Shown: positions 52,400 through 64,000 of the stretch, in pieces
Position numbering within the stretch: position 1 is the stretch's first letter
Layout of the letters: each line of letters begins with the position of its first letter
From: Ostrea edulis
Taxonomy: Eukaryota
Assembly: GCF_947568905.1 (NCBI RefSeq)
Contig: NC_079171.1
Location: 68,882,001-68,946,000 of the forward strand
Length of the DNA stretch: 64,000 bases
Direction of reading: 5' to 3'
Made by a program: the position numbers and the translations under genes
The notes under the pieces: model-generated
Seen by the model: only the letters and a program-made list of their open reading frames with translations
The model's database searches: none
What the model was told of the DNA's origin: nothing

Positions 52400-53900
52400 T
52401 CAGTCAAGTTCTTGATCACACCTATTAGTGGTCTTGTTCTAAATACCTTTATACATTAATGAAGATCTCATGGTCCTAACATACAACCACAATTACTTTA
52501 GCATACACCATTTATTGGCATTGGATATGTGTATGTAACCAAAGAAACATAATAAGCAATCATTTCACTCGCATTTGAAAGCAAACATTTTCCTTACAAT
52601 ATCAATATAAACCTCTCCATAGGGATTTAGATTTTGTTGTGACGTGACACGTTGCGAAATGCCATTAGCTACATTTTAACACGGTACAGCAATATTTTTT
52701 CTTCATATGCCTTAGTTATATTTCGTTTCATTTATTCCCTTCTTGAAGTCGCACATTATTTTCAAATGCTACATATTAGCACGGTGTATATGATAGTGCT
52801 GCTATTCCTTTCTTTCTACATATACGCTGTTTATTACACACAGCTTGGTAAAACTGATTTACATCGCAAACCTCTTACAGAGACATAACATGTTTGCCCT
52901 GTGGTCTAAATCTCTCGCAAAATATACATTATATTATTTCTTCACTCCAATAACAATCAATCTCAATCATGACAGACGCAAGCCTATACCATATGGTAAT
53001 ATTTGTAGGCACACATCCTACACATGAAGTAGACCTTCCAATATACAAGTCTGCAGCAGCGGTATCTCATCGGTTAACATGTAGGCAATTCAACCAAGAC
53101 GTGTCATTTATAAAAAAATAAATAATAAAATGGTGATTGAAGTGGGAAAAAACAAGAACTACAACAAATAAGCATATGCCATATCAGTTCTGAGATTAAT
53201 CAGCGTTTGTTATTTTGACTTTTCCATGGCACCTGTACTTCAACTGTTTTTCTGTGAATACCAAAAACTTCGTGATGAGCGAACAATGCATTTGCATAGA
53301 TTATATCATGGTGTATACTTAATTTCAAACTCATATGTTACCTGAAAGAAGATAAAAGGCTGATATATTCGCTGCATCCACTAAAATCAAACCCAGTAAC
53401 CATAGCTACGTATATGTAGCACGACAGGAAATAATGACGAGGAAATGATTTCGGAAATCAGGTTAATCACACTGCGGTGTTGATGTTTTATTACTAGGCT
53501 TTCTTATGTACCAAAGTGTAGATAACCTGTTGTAATAATAATGAGTCACGATGTGAAATGGTTACATATTATATTTTGATTATTTCTAGACAAGAACACA
53601 ATTATATAGAACCATGTGATGGTATATGTCATACGTATATACAATACAAGCATATGTATGTTCCCAGATAGTCTTACCGGACACACTTGAACTACAGAGG
53701 CCAATGTAGATACGGTAGCGTCAAGTAGAGTCACTTGAGTTTTGAGTAAGTGAATCCAACTATTTGTCGGTGTCAGTTCTACCCTCATGTTAAAGGGCAT
53801 TGCTGATCCTTTTTGCATATGCTATATTCGGTATCATTCATTTTCTTTAAATTGGGCTGAATTCCTTTTCCTTATTGTGAGATCAATGGAAAATAATGCT
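52400..53900 (+). pseudogene. Copy-B paralog of the decayed LRR+LRRCT gene
   Basis: TLRNAISYI, LFLHSNNN, LFLDKNTII and SHLSFE*VNPTICRCQF. Colinear with 19000-20520. Confidence 0.6.
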
Positions 53901-53965
53901 ATACAGAAATTTTGATTCCTATGGGAAACAAAATTAATCTAAATATACAGCAAACAAAACCAAAC

Positions 53966-54360
53966 GTAGTGTATAGTAAACAAAATCAAACCTATTAGAC
54001 AGTACACAAATCAAAACAAAATCAATTATAGTGTACAGTAAATAAAATCAAACCTACTAGACAGTACACAAAACAAAACAAAATTAATTATAGTGTACAG
54101 TAAAGAAAATCAAACCTACTAGACAGTACACAAAACAAAACAACATCAATTATAGTGTACAGTAAAGACAATCAAACCTACTAGACAGTACACGAAACAA
54201 AACAAAATCAATTATAGTGAACAGTAAATAAAATCAAACCTACTAGACAGTACACAAAACAAAACAAAATCAATTACAGTGTACAGTAAATAAAATCAAA
54301 CCTACTAAACAGTACACAAAACAAAACAAAATCAATTATAGTGTACAGTAAATAAAATTA
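53966..54360 (+). repeat. 62-bp minisatellite, ~6.5 units (paralog)
   Basis: atagtgtaca at 54028, 54090, 54152 and onward. Confidence 0.95.
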
Positions 54361-57178
54361 ATCTTGGGTAGTCTTACCGACCATGTGTATAGAGGCTCAG
54401 ACAGGTCCCATTGAGTAAGTAAGTAAGTAATTTTTATTTAAAGTCGGAACTATATACAGGTAACAATAAACATGAGCTAAGACAATTAGTCTTATTAGTG
54501 TGACTTGAGTTAGGAATGAATTGATCCAATTAATGTATTTTGGTGTGAAATTGTGGACTTCTATCATTGCATTCTATGTGGTTAAATATCTCCAAATTAG
54601 ATGGATATCGTAAAACATTGGTCGAAATTTGGTCGACATTTACTTCATTCCTTTGGTAATTAAAATGCATCTTTATCATTAGTGAATGGAATAATTCCAA
54701 GTTGACGTAAAACAAAATCAACCCAGGGGTCCGTGTTTGTCACTCTTTTTTTTGTTTGCTGATAGGATTTATGAGATAGATTATTGAGCACGGTTTTTCG
54801 AAAGCTGGTTAACTTTAACACAGAGGCTAAGTTTAATGGAGTGTTAACTCTTAACCAAGCGATCAGGTAACAATTCTTTTTTTCGAAAGCAATTTAACAC
54901 TTTCGTTAGTCAACACTGTGCTAACCGATTTAACCTACTAATCATGCCATTACTCATAATGCACATGCACTTCCTATGTAAACAATAAGAATACAGGAGT
55001 AAATAAAAGTTTTGTTTGTGGGAAATAGCTGTTGAAATGTCCATGCATTGGTTAGTTTCGAAATACATGACCATGACTATGGGTCATGTACTTATACTTG
55101 TAAATGTATTCATTAGTCTATTCAATTTGAATAATCATAGAGGTGTTAGAACATTATATAATGATACCTACTAGGCCTCAGCCTAATTGAGAAAAACGGT
55201 GCTTATGTTGTAGAAAGCAGGCTCATTGCATACTTTATCAAAGCGGAGCTTTATAAGGACTCGGACAAGTTGACTTCACAATTGTCTGAACATATTTGAC
55301 AAACCAAAACAAAATAATTTATAACCCCACCCCCTTAAAATGAATTATTTCGTACGAACCGAACCTGAAATTATGTCAAATACTAAATTGCGTGAGGGGG
55401 GGGGGGTCATCCTCTACCAGTAAAATATAGGAGTTCAGTTCAAGCTGAAATTCCAGTAGAGTACCATTATCTGGTACTATGATATGAACAAGTGGGGGAG
55501 GGGGTGTGAGACTCTGCATGTAAAAATAACAGTAAACGTATGTTGTCTGAAATGAGATGGTTGTGTGCTACACGTCTTGAAAATTAACAAAAGCAATAAA
55601 ACCTATGATTTTCTATATTGTTTAATTCATAATTGGACAACATTTATGATAGGGTTTGGACGACGATGCTAGCCTATACAAATATCTATTTTTTAAGAAA
55701 ATCTAAATATCTTTTGTTTTCTGCTCTTAGTCTTATTTACCCCAAAACAGTTAAACATATTGATGGAGAAAACGATAAACCAATTTACCTTATGATAATC
55801 TGTTCACATATATATCTATATACTTTTATATCTATGTTGTTTTTATGCATTTATTTATTTTAATATTCTTTTTGTTTTAAACATAATACTTGATCCATCA
55901 CATCATTTCTACTAAGGGAGGTTTATCTGGAATATCAACAATGAAAAACTATTCTTCCTAAATGTGTGTTAACTGTATAAGCCTGGATTCAATACTGTTC
56001 ATATTAGATAACCTTCAAAAAAGAAAATACATGTATGTACGTGTTCATGCATGCAGATACTAATTTGAATAAGTTTTATATGATACAAGGGATTTTCAAA
56101 AGGTCAAGGCAAGTGCAGACGATATTGTTTTTTTTAAGTTTTAAAGTTTGTGTTTCAATGGAGATTATCATCATGAACTAAGGGCCTGCATGCACTTTGA
56201 CATATGGAAGCCAGGCAATTGGTAAAATTATATCTTAAGCATGGATCCTATTGCAGGATTTCATATAGATGAATCTAATACGAGTTGTATTAACCCAATG
56301 ATCCCCCTTATTGAAAGGTAATGCCGAAAGTATCTACATATACGTGCAATATATTGCCAGTGAAAGAAAAGTTGAACACCATTATCCAGCTGTACTAATT
56401 TTCCCATTAGATATCCCCCTTAGATAAATTGCATGGTATTTGACGAATATATCAATTTATGGCAGCATAATTAACACACCGTCATAGTTCAGCATCAGTA
56501 CACACCTCAAAATGTCTGAGCCTTTGACATTTTCATGATTTTTGGTCTGAGGAGGACATAAATTGAAGGCGGTGGTGTTAAGACTTAACACCGGTACTGG
56601 AGGTGGATTAAAGTTAACACAACGTTAACACAGTGTTAACGCAAACTCGCATTTTGAAAGCGAGGAATACCGAATGAAAGGATTGGAAAAATGAGTTACT
56701 CAGTGTGTTAATTATGTACCGTTAAACGCCGCATACAATGACAGGGAACGAAATCTAGCAGAACTACTCTTCAACGGAACGATATGCACAAAACTACTGG
56801 AGATTCCTAATGAAAAATATATGGAAGACGATAGGAAACACAGGGAGGAGAAGAAATAAAACTACAAAAGTTATGCTGACTAATACTGTAACATAAGATA
56901 TTCAATTTAATGATTTATTACAGAAATAGCAGGGAAAATCTAAATTAACGATCAAATTCACACCTAAATGCTAACCGTGGAAGAAAAATATGAAAATACA
57001 GTTCTATCTTAGACAAACATCGGCACTACAAACTAAACAGATGCCCATTCGAAAATTGCATTATGAAAGTTACTCAACTGAGTTAATGCGTTCCCAATAA
57101 ATACCAGTATTGTACATAAATGGTATTTACCACACTGGCACAATACATGACGTCACAATGAAAAATATGTCATGACGA

Positions 57179-58350
57179 AGATCATACCTCTGGTATATCC
57201 AACGATCCGTGTTTTCCAAATTATATATTTTGTATTGCTTTTAGGAGATAGCATATTGATAACTGCTCGTTATATTCATCTTTCATTATAAGAAATATTT
57301 GTATACCGGTATATAGCAGTCTGCTTATCAATCTCACATGTCTATTAAACATTTGCCTTAATAACCTTATAACATCATGTAAATATTGCTTACAGTAGGG
57401 TTGTAAAACTAGGGATACAATGCGTGAATCTGTGCAGGAAGATTTTGATTTGAAGCAATATATGGAGTAGGTGTTCTATGAAAGGTGTATTTAAAAATAC
57501 AGTTTAACCAAGAATAATTCTGAACAACACTGGTCAAACATCTCTTGCCTGTGTTAGATAATGCTTTCTCCTCCGATACTCTGACATTCCGTCTGGACTC
57601 TGGATAAGCTATGATATGTTGAATATGTCATCTTCATCTACCACTCTGTCAAATGTGCAACTATGTTAAGACCTTCCAAACTTAGTAGATGAAGTAAATC
57701 GATTGGTATTTGAGCAAAAACGTCGGATATTATAAAATTTAATGGTATTTCTCACCAACAATCAATGATGTTAAAATAAATACGAAAAAATCCCCAGCAA
57801 GACTCCCATAGATACATAATTATACAAATCTCAGCAAGCTGTATTTCTCTCCGCCAAGTTATTGCGTATACCTGATTGGTGTTCTTATTTTAAAGGTCTT
57901 TACACATTAATGAAGATTACGTGCTCATAATATTGGACACAAAACCACTGTAGTGTATATGATCTATTGACATTATTGGCATCACTGTTTGTTATATACA
58001 CCAGTCATTGGATATTTGTATGATACCAAAGAAATGTAATAAGTAATCCACTCATCAACATTTTAAAGGAAATCTACAAATTGATAGTTTGAAACCTGAC
58101 TACATGTTTTTCATTCACGACACAATGTTGTGATATTTCCCCTACAATACCTGTATTACCCTCAGCACAATGAATTAAAGATTAATGTGATGTGAAGCGG
58201 TGCGAAATACACTAAGGTACACATGACTGCAAATTATTTCTCGAGATATTCGTTTTATTTATTCTTTTCTTGATATCGCGCACTATCTTCAATATCAACG
58301 TGGCGTTCAGTTTTGATGATAATGTTGTTTTTTCTTTCTTTATTTTATTG
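57179..58350 (+). repeat. Third, more diverged partial paralog of 17335-19400 / 51610-52780
   Basis: Starts atcatacctctggtatatccaacgatccgtg as at 17331 and 51609, and stays colinear through ...gtcaaatgtgcaac and ...cttgatatcgcg. Confidence 0.75.
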
Positions 58351-58999
58351 AGCATAGTTTGGATCCCAAAGTTCTAGAACAAGACATCGTATTTTTGCTG
58401 TGATCTCAAGTTCCGCTTAATAATATATTTCGATCCAATAAAAATTAATTTCAATTACAACAAAACAAAGCTTATAATAAATGGTAGCATTGGTGTGCAG
58501 AAAAAAAACCTACAGGCGAGGATATAGTAAAGATAACTCATTTTATAAAGTGAACTTCCAAATACAAATCAGTAATAGTTGTTATCATGCTACTGACAGT
58601 GGTAGATCATTGGTTAGAACGTCCGCTTGGTAAACAAAAATGTTGTGAGTTCTCTACCTACCAATCATCCACCATTAACAAATGAGAGTCGTGTATTTTA
58701 GTTAATAGCCTTAAGGAAGATCTTCTATGATGCGGTGCGCGGTTGAGTTAAGGCTTTCCCCATACAATTTTTAATACCAGTGCTGTATATAAATATACTT
58801 TACCGCACTGACACATTGCGCGACGTCACAATGAAAAATACGTCATGACGAAAGTATTGACGCACATATCACAGTCCTTTTGTGGTTGGAAATGTCAAAA
58901 TATTGTTTCGTTATTTACCACTGCTGTCATACGGTAAACTGCAATTGCGTAAACGTTTCCGTCAAATGGGTTATATTAATTATCTTTGATTATTGAAAA

Positions 59000-59560
59000 A
59001 GTTTCAATTTCTTCTTTATATAGCATACATGCTAAAGAAATATCCATATTATATTATGATCTTGATATCGCCCCTAATCTACACGTATAGTTACTTTCAC
59101 AATGGACTCATTTGCATAAACAGGGTTTCTGTACATAAAAAAATCATCATTGGCACGACACCCCGATATTTTTTAAGTGAAAAATGTTTGATTTATGTGA
59201 CATGTGAACTTCAGTGCCAAAGGCAAGTTAGGAGAGCAAATTCTGGCTTCAACAAAAAATATGTTTTCCAGGTTAGATTCAACTTCGTATGTGCAAAAAT
59301 CGCTGCATCTTGCATATTCAATGCAAAAATGAGACATGTTACAAGTCACAATAAACTTGCTCTCAGCACTTTTCAAATTAAGAAATTAATATGCTTTGAA
59401 GTTATATTAACTTCAACTTGCATATATATCTGGATATCGTGCCAATTCAACGATTTATACATACACAATACGTTTTTATCTTGATATTTGATCACGTGAT
59501 ACAGAGTTGATGTAGAGACTGTCGGTCTGGTGAAAAATGTATAAGAAGTCAATATGCACT
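59000..59560 (+). pseudogene. Decayed LRR remnant
   Basis: LDIAPNL, PDIF*VKNV*FM*HVNFS and NMFSRL...KSLHLAY. cttgatatcgc is shared with 58270 and related to cttgaagtcgc at 19365. Confidence 0.35.
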
Positions 59561-60099
59561 TAATGATATATAAATATTGTTTTTGTATAAAAGGGTTGTG
59601 TTTACAGAATTTGTCACAAATTGATCTGTTTTTAACGCTTTTTTCTTGACTTATTTTTATGGCCTACTTAACACAACTGCGTGAGTTCTGACACGCTGTA
59701 TAATCACCATTGAGACGGTTGTGAGCATTAAACGTTGACATACATATGTGACAAAACGATGCATGTATTCTCAAATATACATAATGCAAAATATAGCCGT
59801 GTCCTTCAGCTAAAAAGATTAGAAATAGTAGTCGGAGTGCAAAACAGACAGCAACATGAACAGTATATGTCCTGATAGGAGTTGTGAGATTGATCAAAAT
59901 TGTTTCGCTTCAACTTGTCATGGAACTGATAGTTAAAGATTTATTTGTGAATACTAAGGACTGCATGATGAACGAACAATCAACGACATATGAAGACAAC
60001 AATTGATTTATATACATCATATTTCAGACTTATAGGAATGTTTGTTTATAAATAATAATAACTGTCATGCATATGTCAAATTGATATACCACTGTGATA

Positions 60100-60752
60100 T
60101 CGAACTATGACACCACAGAGTCGCCCAGTTCTGCTTCATGCATATATATTTTATTGAAAGTAGACTTTAACAGCCAACTGACAACTGACAACTCAACAGA
60201 TGAGCTCAGCGTCTTCACCATGACGGTTATATTCATTGCTACATAAATATGGGAATATGACATTCCCATATTTATGTAGCAATAGTCTATTTTCACTTAA
60301 ATATGGTGTTTATATATTTCAACTAATTCGATACGCAAAGGCTTGTTCTGCGTATAGTCAGTTTTTAAATCGAGGCAAGCTACTGGCAAACGGGTTGATG
60401 GCACAGGGGTTTCAACAGTCTCGATTCAAGTCAGCATTTGGTATATTATATGGTCGCTATAACGATTTAGTACGTCAATACAACCTATCATTGAGTCAAA
60501 TGCTGACTGACGTGTTTAATATCGATGGTTAGGCCGTTATTGGAACACTGATTTTGACTACGGATAACTTCGTTTACCTGATCAGGATTTAAGGCTCACG
60601 GCAGGTGTGACCGTTCGACAGGGGATGCTTACTCCTCCTAGGCACTTGATCCCACCTCTGGTGTGTCCAGGGGTCCATTTTTGCCCAACTATCTATTTTG
60701 TATTGCTTATAGGAGTTATGCGATTGATCACTGTTCGTAATCTTTACCTTGC
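60100..60752 (+). mobile_element. Naiad 3' fragment
   Basis: FPYLCSN...YGVYIFQLIRYAKACSAYSQFLNRGKLL...QGFQQSRFKSAF, followed by the standard 3' UTR. Confidence 0.9.
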
Positions 60753-60837
60753 ATCCGTGTACTTTATCTTCACCTTTCAATCTACCATGTTGTAGACCTA
60801 ACTTCAAAGCCTAATGTAACATTAAGGTAGATGCAAG

Positions 60838-61250
60838 GATATATTATTTGTCGAAATGCGCATCTGGTGCATCAAAATTGGTACCGTATACGTTTTACAT
60901 TAGGACCCCTGGGTCGAGGCCTCTGCTGGTGGACTGTTAGTCCCCGAATATCTCTACAGCCTATTAGCTAAGTACTTCGTTACTAGCTTGAAAATACGGA
61001 TGCATATGTAATTTCTGTTATAGAATTTAGAAAATCAATTCAAAATTAAGGATTATCTCCCCCATGGCTAGCTCCTATCCATACACAACTTTGACTCCTC
61101 TTTTTTGGGTCACTGTTTTCCCCTATAAAAACCCTTAAACTTCACTGTTAATTCGGATTTCAAATATTTCGGTTGAGCATCACTGAAGAGACATTGTTTC
61201 TCGAAATGCGCATCTGGTGCATCAAAATTGGTACCGTACACGTTTTACAT
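60838..61250 (+). ncRNA. Hammerhead repeat, one full 350-nt unit between two predicted cleavage sites (after 60864 and 61214)
   Basis: 61177-61220 GCATCA-CTGAAGA-GACATTGTTTCTC-GAAA-TGCGCATC^TGGTGC; a partial upstream HHR at 60841-60870. Confidence 0.85.
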
Positions 61251-61714
61251 ATTCGCCCCGAACGACTTAAAGTCAAATGTCACCAATCATGAATACATAA
61301 AGTTGGCATGGAAGTAGAAATAACTTTGAAAAAATCAGGTTCATCACATGAATTGGTGACAATTCACTAAAGCTGGTCACTTCCTTAGTTTATTCTATAT
61401 ACCGACGAGAAAACATGTGTGGAAGTTGTGATTCACTGTATCAAATGGATACATCTTACGTTTCATCTAATTCTAAACAAAATAAAAACACGTTTTTATG
61501 GAGTCATCTGATAGTACCTTTTTAAAAGTATAACCATATGGTAATTGTTAAAAGTGACTGTAAAATAATGGCATTGTCTTTTTCAAGTTTTATTTGTTAA
61601 GAAGTGGTGTAGATGTTATAAATCATAACATCCGTTGTCGAAGACAATTTTAAAAAAAAGAATATCATTTATTAAGTTACTGATATCAACTGTACATATG
61701 TATTTCACTTTCAG

Positions 61715-61786
61715 GGATCTAAGTGAGAATCAAATAACAGCGATACCTGAGACAGCATTCTCCAGTCTGGTGAATTTACAACGTCT
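61715..61786 (+). CDS. 72-nt internal LRR exon (phase 2-2), (L)DLSENQITAIPETAFSSLVNLQR(L); paralog of 24150-24221
   Basis: Acceptor tatttcactttcag|, donor |gtaagt, 72 nt, open frame, perfect LRR consensus. Flanking intron aligns with 24020-24490. Confidence 0.85.
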
Positions 61787-62109
61787 GTAAGTGTACTTTA
61801 CTTGTAATTGTTTAAACAAAAATAAACGATAAGAAAATCCTCTCTATAATACCCGTTTTACGAAAGGCAACAATACATATTTAAATTTGTAAAATAAAAC
61901 ATCCGAATCTTTATCACACACACCAAAACAAGAACAATCGTGTCAAAATGAATTTTCAGAATATCTAGTCAGTTTATTCTAAACACAATATACACGACAA
62001 TGGCACTGAACAATTTTTGAATTTGCCGTCTATGGAAGATTTGCAATATTTTGTTCCTACGTATTTTAAATAGAAATGTGAATCGGAAAAAATATAATAG
62101 GCATTTCCA

Positions 62110-62330
62110 TGTTTCAGTAGAGTCTTACTGGTTACGTTTACAACGTAGATGCTATTGCCGATACGACTGGGTCAGTTGGTATGACCTGAATTTTGAGTGA
62201 GTGAATTCAATTGTTCCCTGTTGATGTAAGTTTAAACACCTCTATGATAGGGGTATTGATAACCTTGTCATATATGATATATTCGCTATAACTTGTGTTC
62301 TTCAAATTGATTTCAACATTTTTTTTTTCG
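62110..62330 (+). pseudogene. Further paralog of the LRRCT region (20280-20480 / 53650-53860)
   Basis: Nucleotide similarity around ttgagtgagtgaattca...gggtattg...tatgatatattcg...gtgttcttcaaattg. Confidence 0.35.
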
Positions 62331-62429
62331 AATGACAAATAAGTGGACACTGATTTCAAGCAATTGTGTTACCCCTTAATCGAACTGTGAATCATGACTC
62401 AGCGAAGCTACACATGTAACGAAATTTAG

Positions 62430-63665
62430 TCAATCTCATCTTTATCATGAAATGTGAAGATAGCGAATAATGATCAACCTCATCAATCCGATCAGGAATG
62501 AAAAATAACGAGTTGGCAAACACAGACCCCTGGCAACACTAGAGGTGGAGGAGTAGTAAGCATCCTCTGTCGAACGACCATACTCACCATTAGGTTTATA
62601 TCATGATCAGGTAAACGGAATTATCCGTAGTTAAAATGGGTGTGTCGAAGTAACAATCAGTATGAAACACGCCAGACCGCATTTGACCCAATGACAGGTT
62701 TTATTTGCAGTTATATCGTTATAACGACCATGGAATTGGCGAAATGCAGATTTTAAATGAAATCCCTACATCATCAACGTGTTTGTCATTAGACTGAACC
62801 AATCGAAAAGGAGATCATGCGCAGAATAAGTGTTTGCGTATCGAATCAGTTGTGGTATCTGAACACCATATGAAGGTGGGAATTAAATGAAAAACTTATA
62901 CGGTAACAATTATGATGTACCAGGAGTGCATTTCGACAAATTATGTCTCTTCAGTGATGCTCAACCGAAATGTTTGACATCCGAAATAACAATGAAGTTT
63001 TAGAGCTATTATAGATAACACAGTGTACCAGAAATGTGGAATTTAGTTCGTTTAAGGATAAGAGCTATGCGTGAGGTAGATAATCCTTAATTTTGAAATG
63101 AATTTCTAAATTGTATAACAGCAATTAAATATACATCCGCATTTTCAAGCTAGTAACGAAGTACTTAGCTACTGTGCTGTAGAGACTCTCGAGAACTAAC
63201 AGTCCACGAACAGAGGCTTCGACCCAAGGGTCATAATTTAAAACGTATACGGTACCAATGTTGATGCACCAGATGCACATTTCGACAAATTATGTCTTTT
63301 TAGTGATGCTCAACCGAAATGTTTGAAATCCGAAATAACAATGAAGTTTTAGAGCTATTATAGACAACACAGTGTACCAAAAATATGGAGTTTAGTTCGT
63401 TTAAGGATAACAGCTATGCGTGAGGTAGATAATCCTTAATTTTGAAATGAATTTCTAAATTTTATAACAGCAATTAGATATACATCCGTATTTTCAAGCT
63501 AGTAACGAAGTACTTAGCTACTGGGCTGTAGAGACCCTCGGGGACTAGCAGTCCACCAGCAGAACCCTCATCCCAGGGTTCATAATGTGAAATTTATACA
63601 GTACCAATTTTGATGCACCAAATTGCTACATGCATATGGGGAGTTGATGATGGTGAAACTAAACT
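62430..63665 (-). mobile_element. Older Naiad fragment interrupted by the hammerhead repeat array
   Basis: 62445-62885 is a Naiad 3' region (minus); it resumes after the array at 63621 as aattgctacatgcatatggggagttgatgatgg. Confidence 0.7.
62891..63620 (-). ncRNA. Tandem array (2 x 349 nt plus ~30 nt) of a hammerhead-ribozyme repeat (retrozyme/pLTR-like)
   Basis: HHR motifs at 62917-62960 and 63266-63309 (minus), 349-nt period. The array 5' end (63620) coincides with the predicted cleavage site ATC^TGGTGC. Confidence 0.85.
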
Positions 63666-64000
63666 AATTCCGTAAATCCCAAAAGTAATACGAAATTGAT
63701 AATGTGATAAACACAAACCTTTGAAAACATGAGACAATGTCAAGTGGTTGGTGATTAAGTATATACTGTCGATAGTCTTTCCACACCAGGAGCATACACC
63801 AACACAGACAATGCATATTGTTCATTTATTTCGCCCAGCAATGTAAACCGGCGATATACTTTCGTAGTTTAGACTGTAGCTATGCCTAAGGGAATGTGTT
63901 TTTAAATTACAGTTTTTCAGCAGAATGATTGTTTGGGACGTATGACTGACCGCAATTCCGAGTATAAACTACACATCAAACGCTGTCATGCTATATGTTG

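Larger units (their letters stand above)
39510..62060 (+). repeat. Segmental duplication, copy B
   Basis: Same colinear anchors as copy A. Lacks the 10858-15121 and 17781-18757 insertions found in A. Confidence 0.9.

Noticed and set aside
58993-59484. 163-aa plus-strand ORF as an intact gene
   Set aside because: Non-ATG start, no splice context and no coherent domain; LRR-like words lie mainly in neighbouring frames with stops.

Overview
AT-rich, repeat-dense eukaryotic DNA. The repeat families (Naiad-type Penelope-like elements, mollusc tRNA-SINEs, hammerhead-bearing 350-bp repeats) point to a bivalve, probably an oyster (inference). No complete gene is visible and most listed ORFs are spurious. 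Main structure, all read by eye: (1) a direct segmental duplication, ~960-24490 vs ~39510-62060 (offset ~37.5-38.5 kb); each copy ends in one clean 72-nt phase-2 LRR exon on the + strand (24150-24221, 61715-61786), and the two exons differ more than their adjacent intron does. (2) About a dozen decayed, intronless LRR coding remnants, all on the + strand. (3) At least eight copies of a ~350-bp repeat carrying a minimal type I hammerhead ribozyme (retrozyme/pLTR-like); one tandem array starts exactly at the predicted self-cleavage site. (4) Nested transposons: Naiad fragment > CAGTA/TA element > TTAA-flanked Kolobok-like element with spliced cargo > MITE and SINE. (5) An internally deleted Gypsy element with a zinc-finger ORF downstream of pol. 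(6) A long inverted repeat, a 62-bp VNTR, and LINE and Gypsy pol relics. Coordinates of decayed features are approximate.
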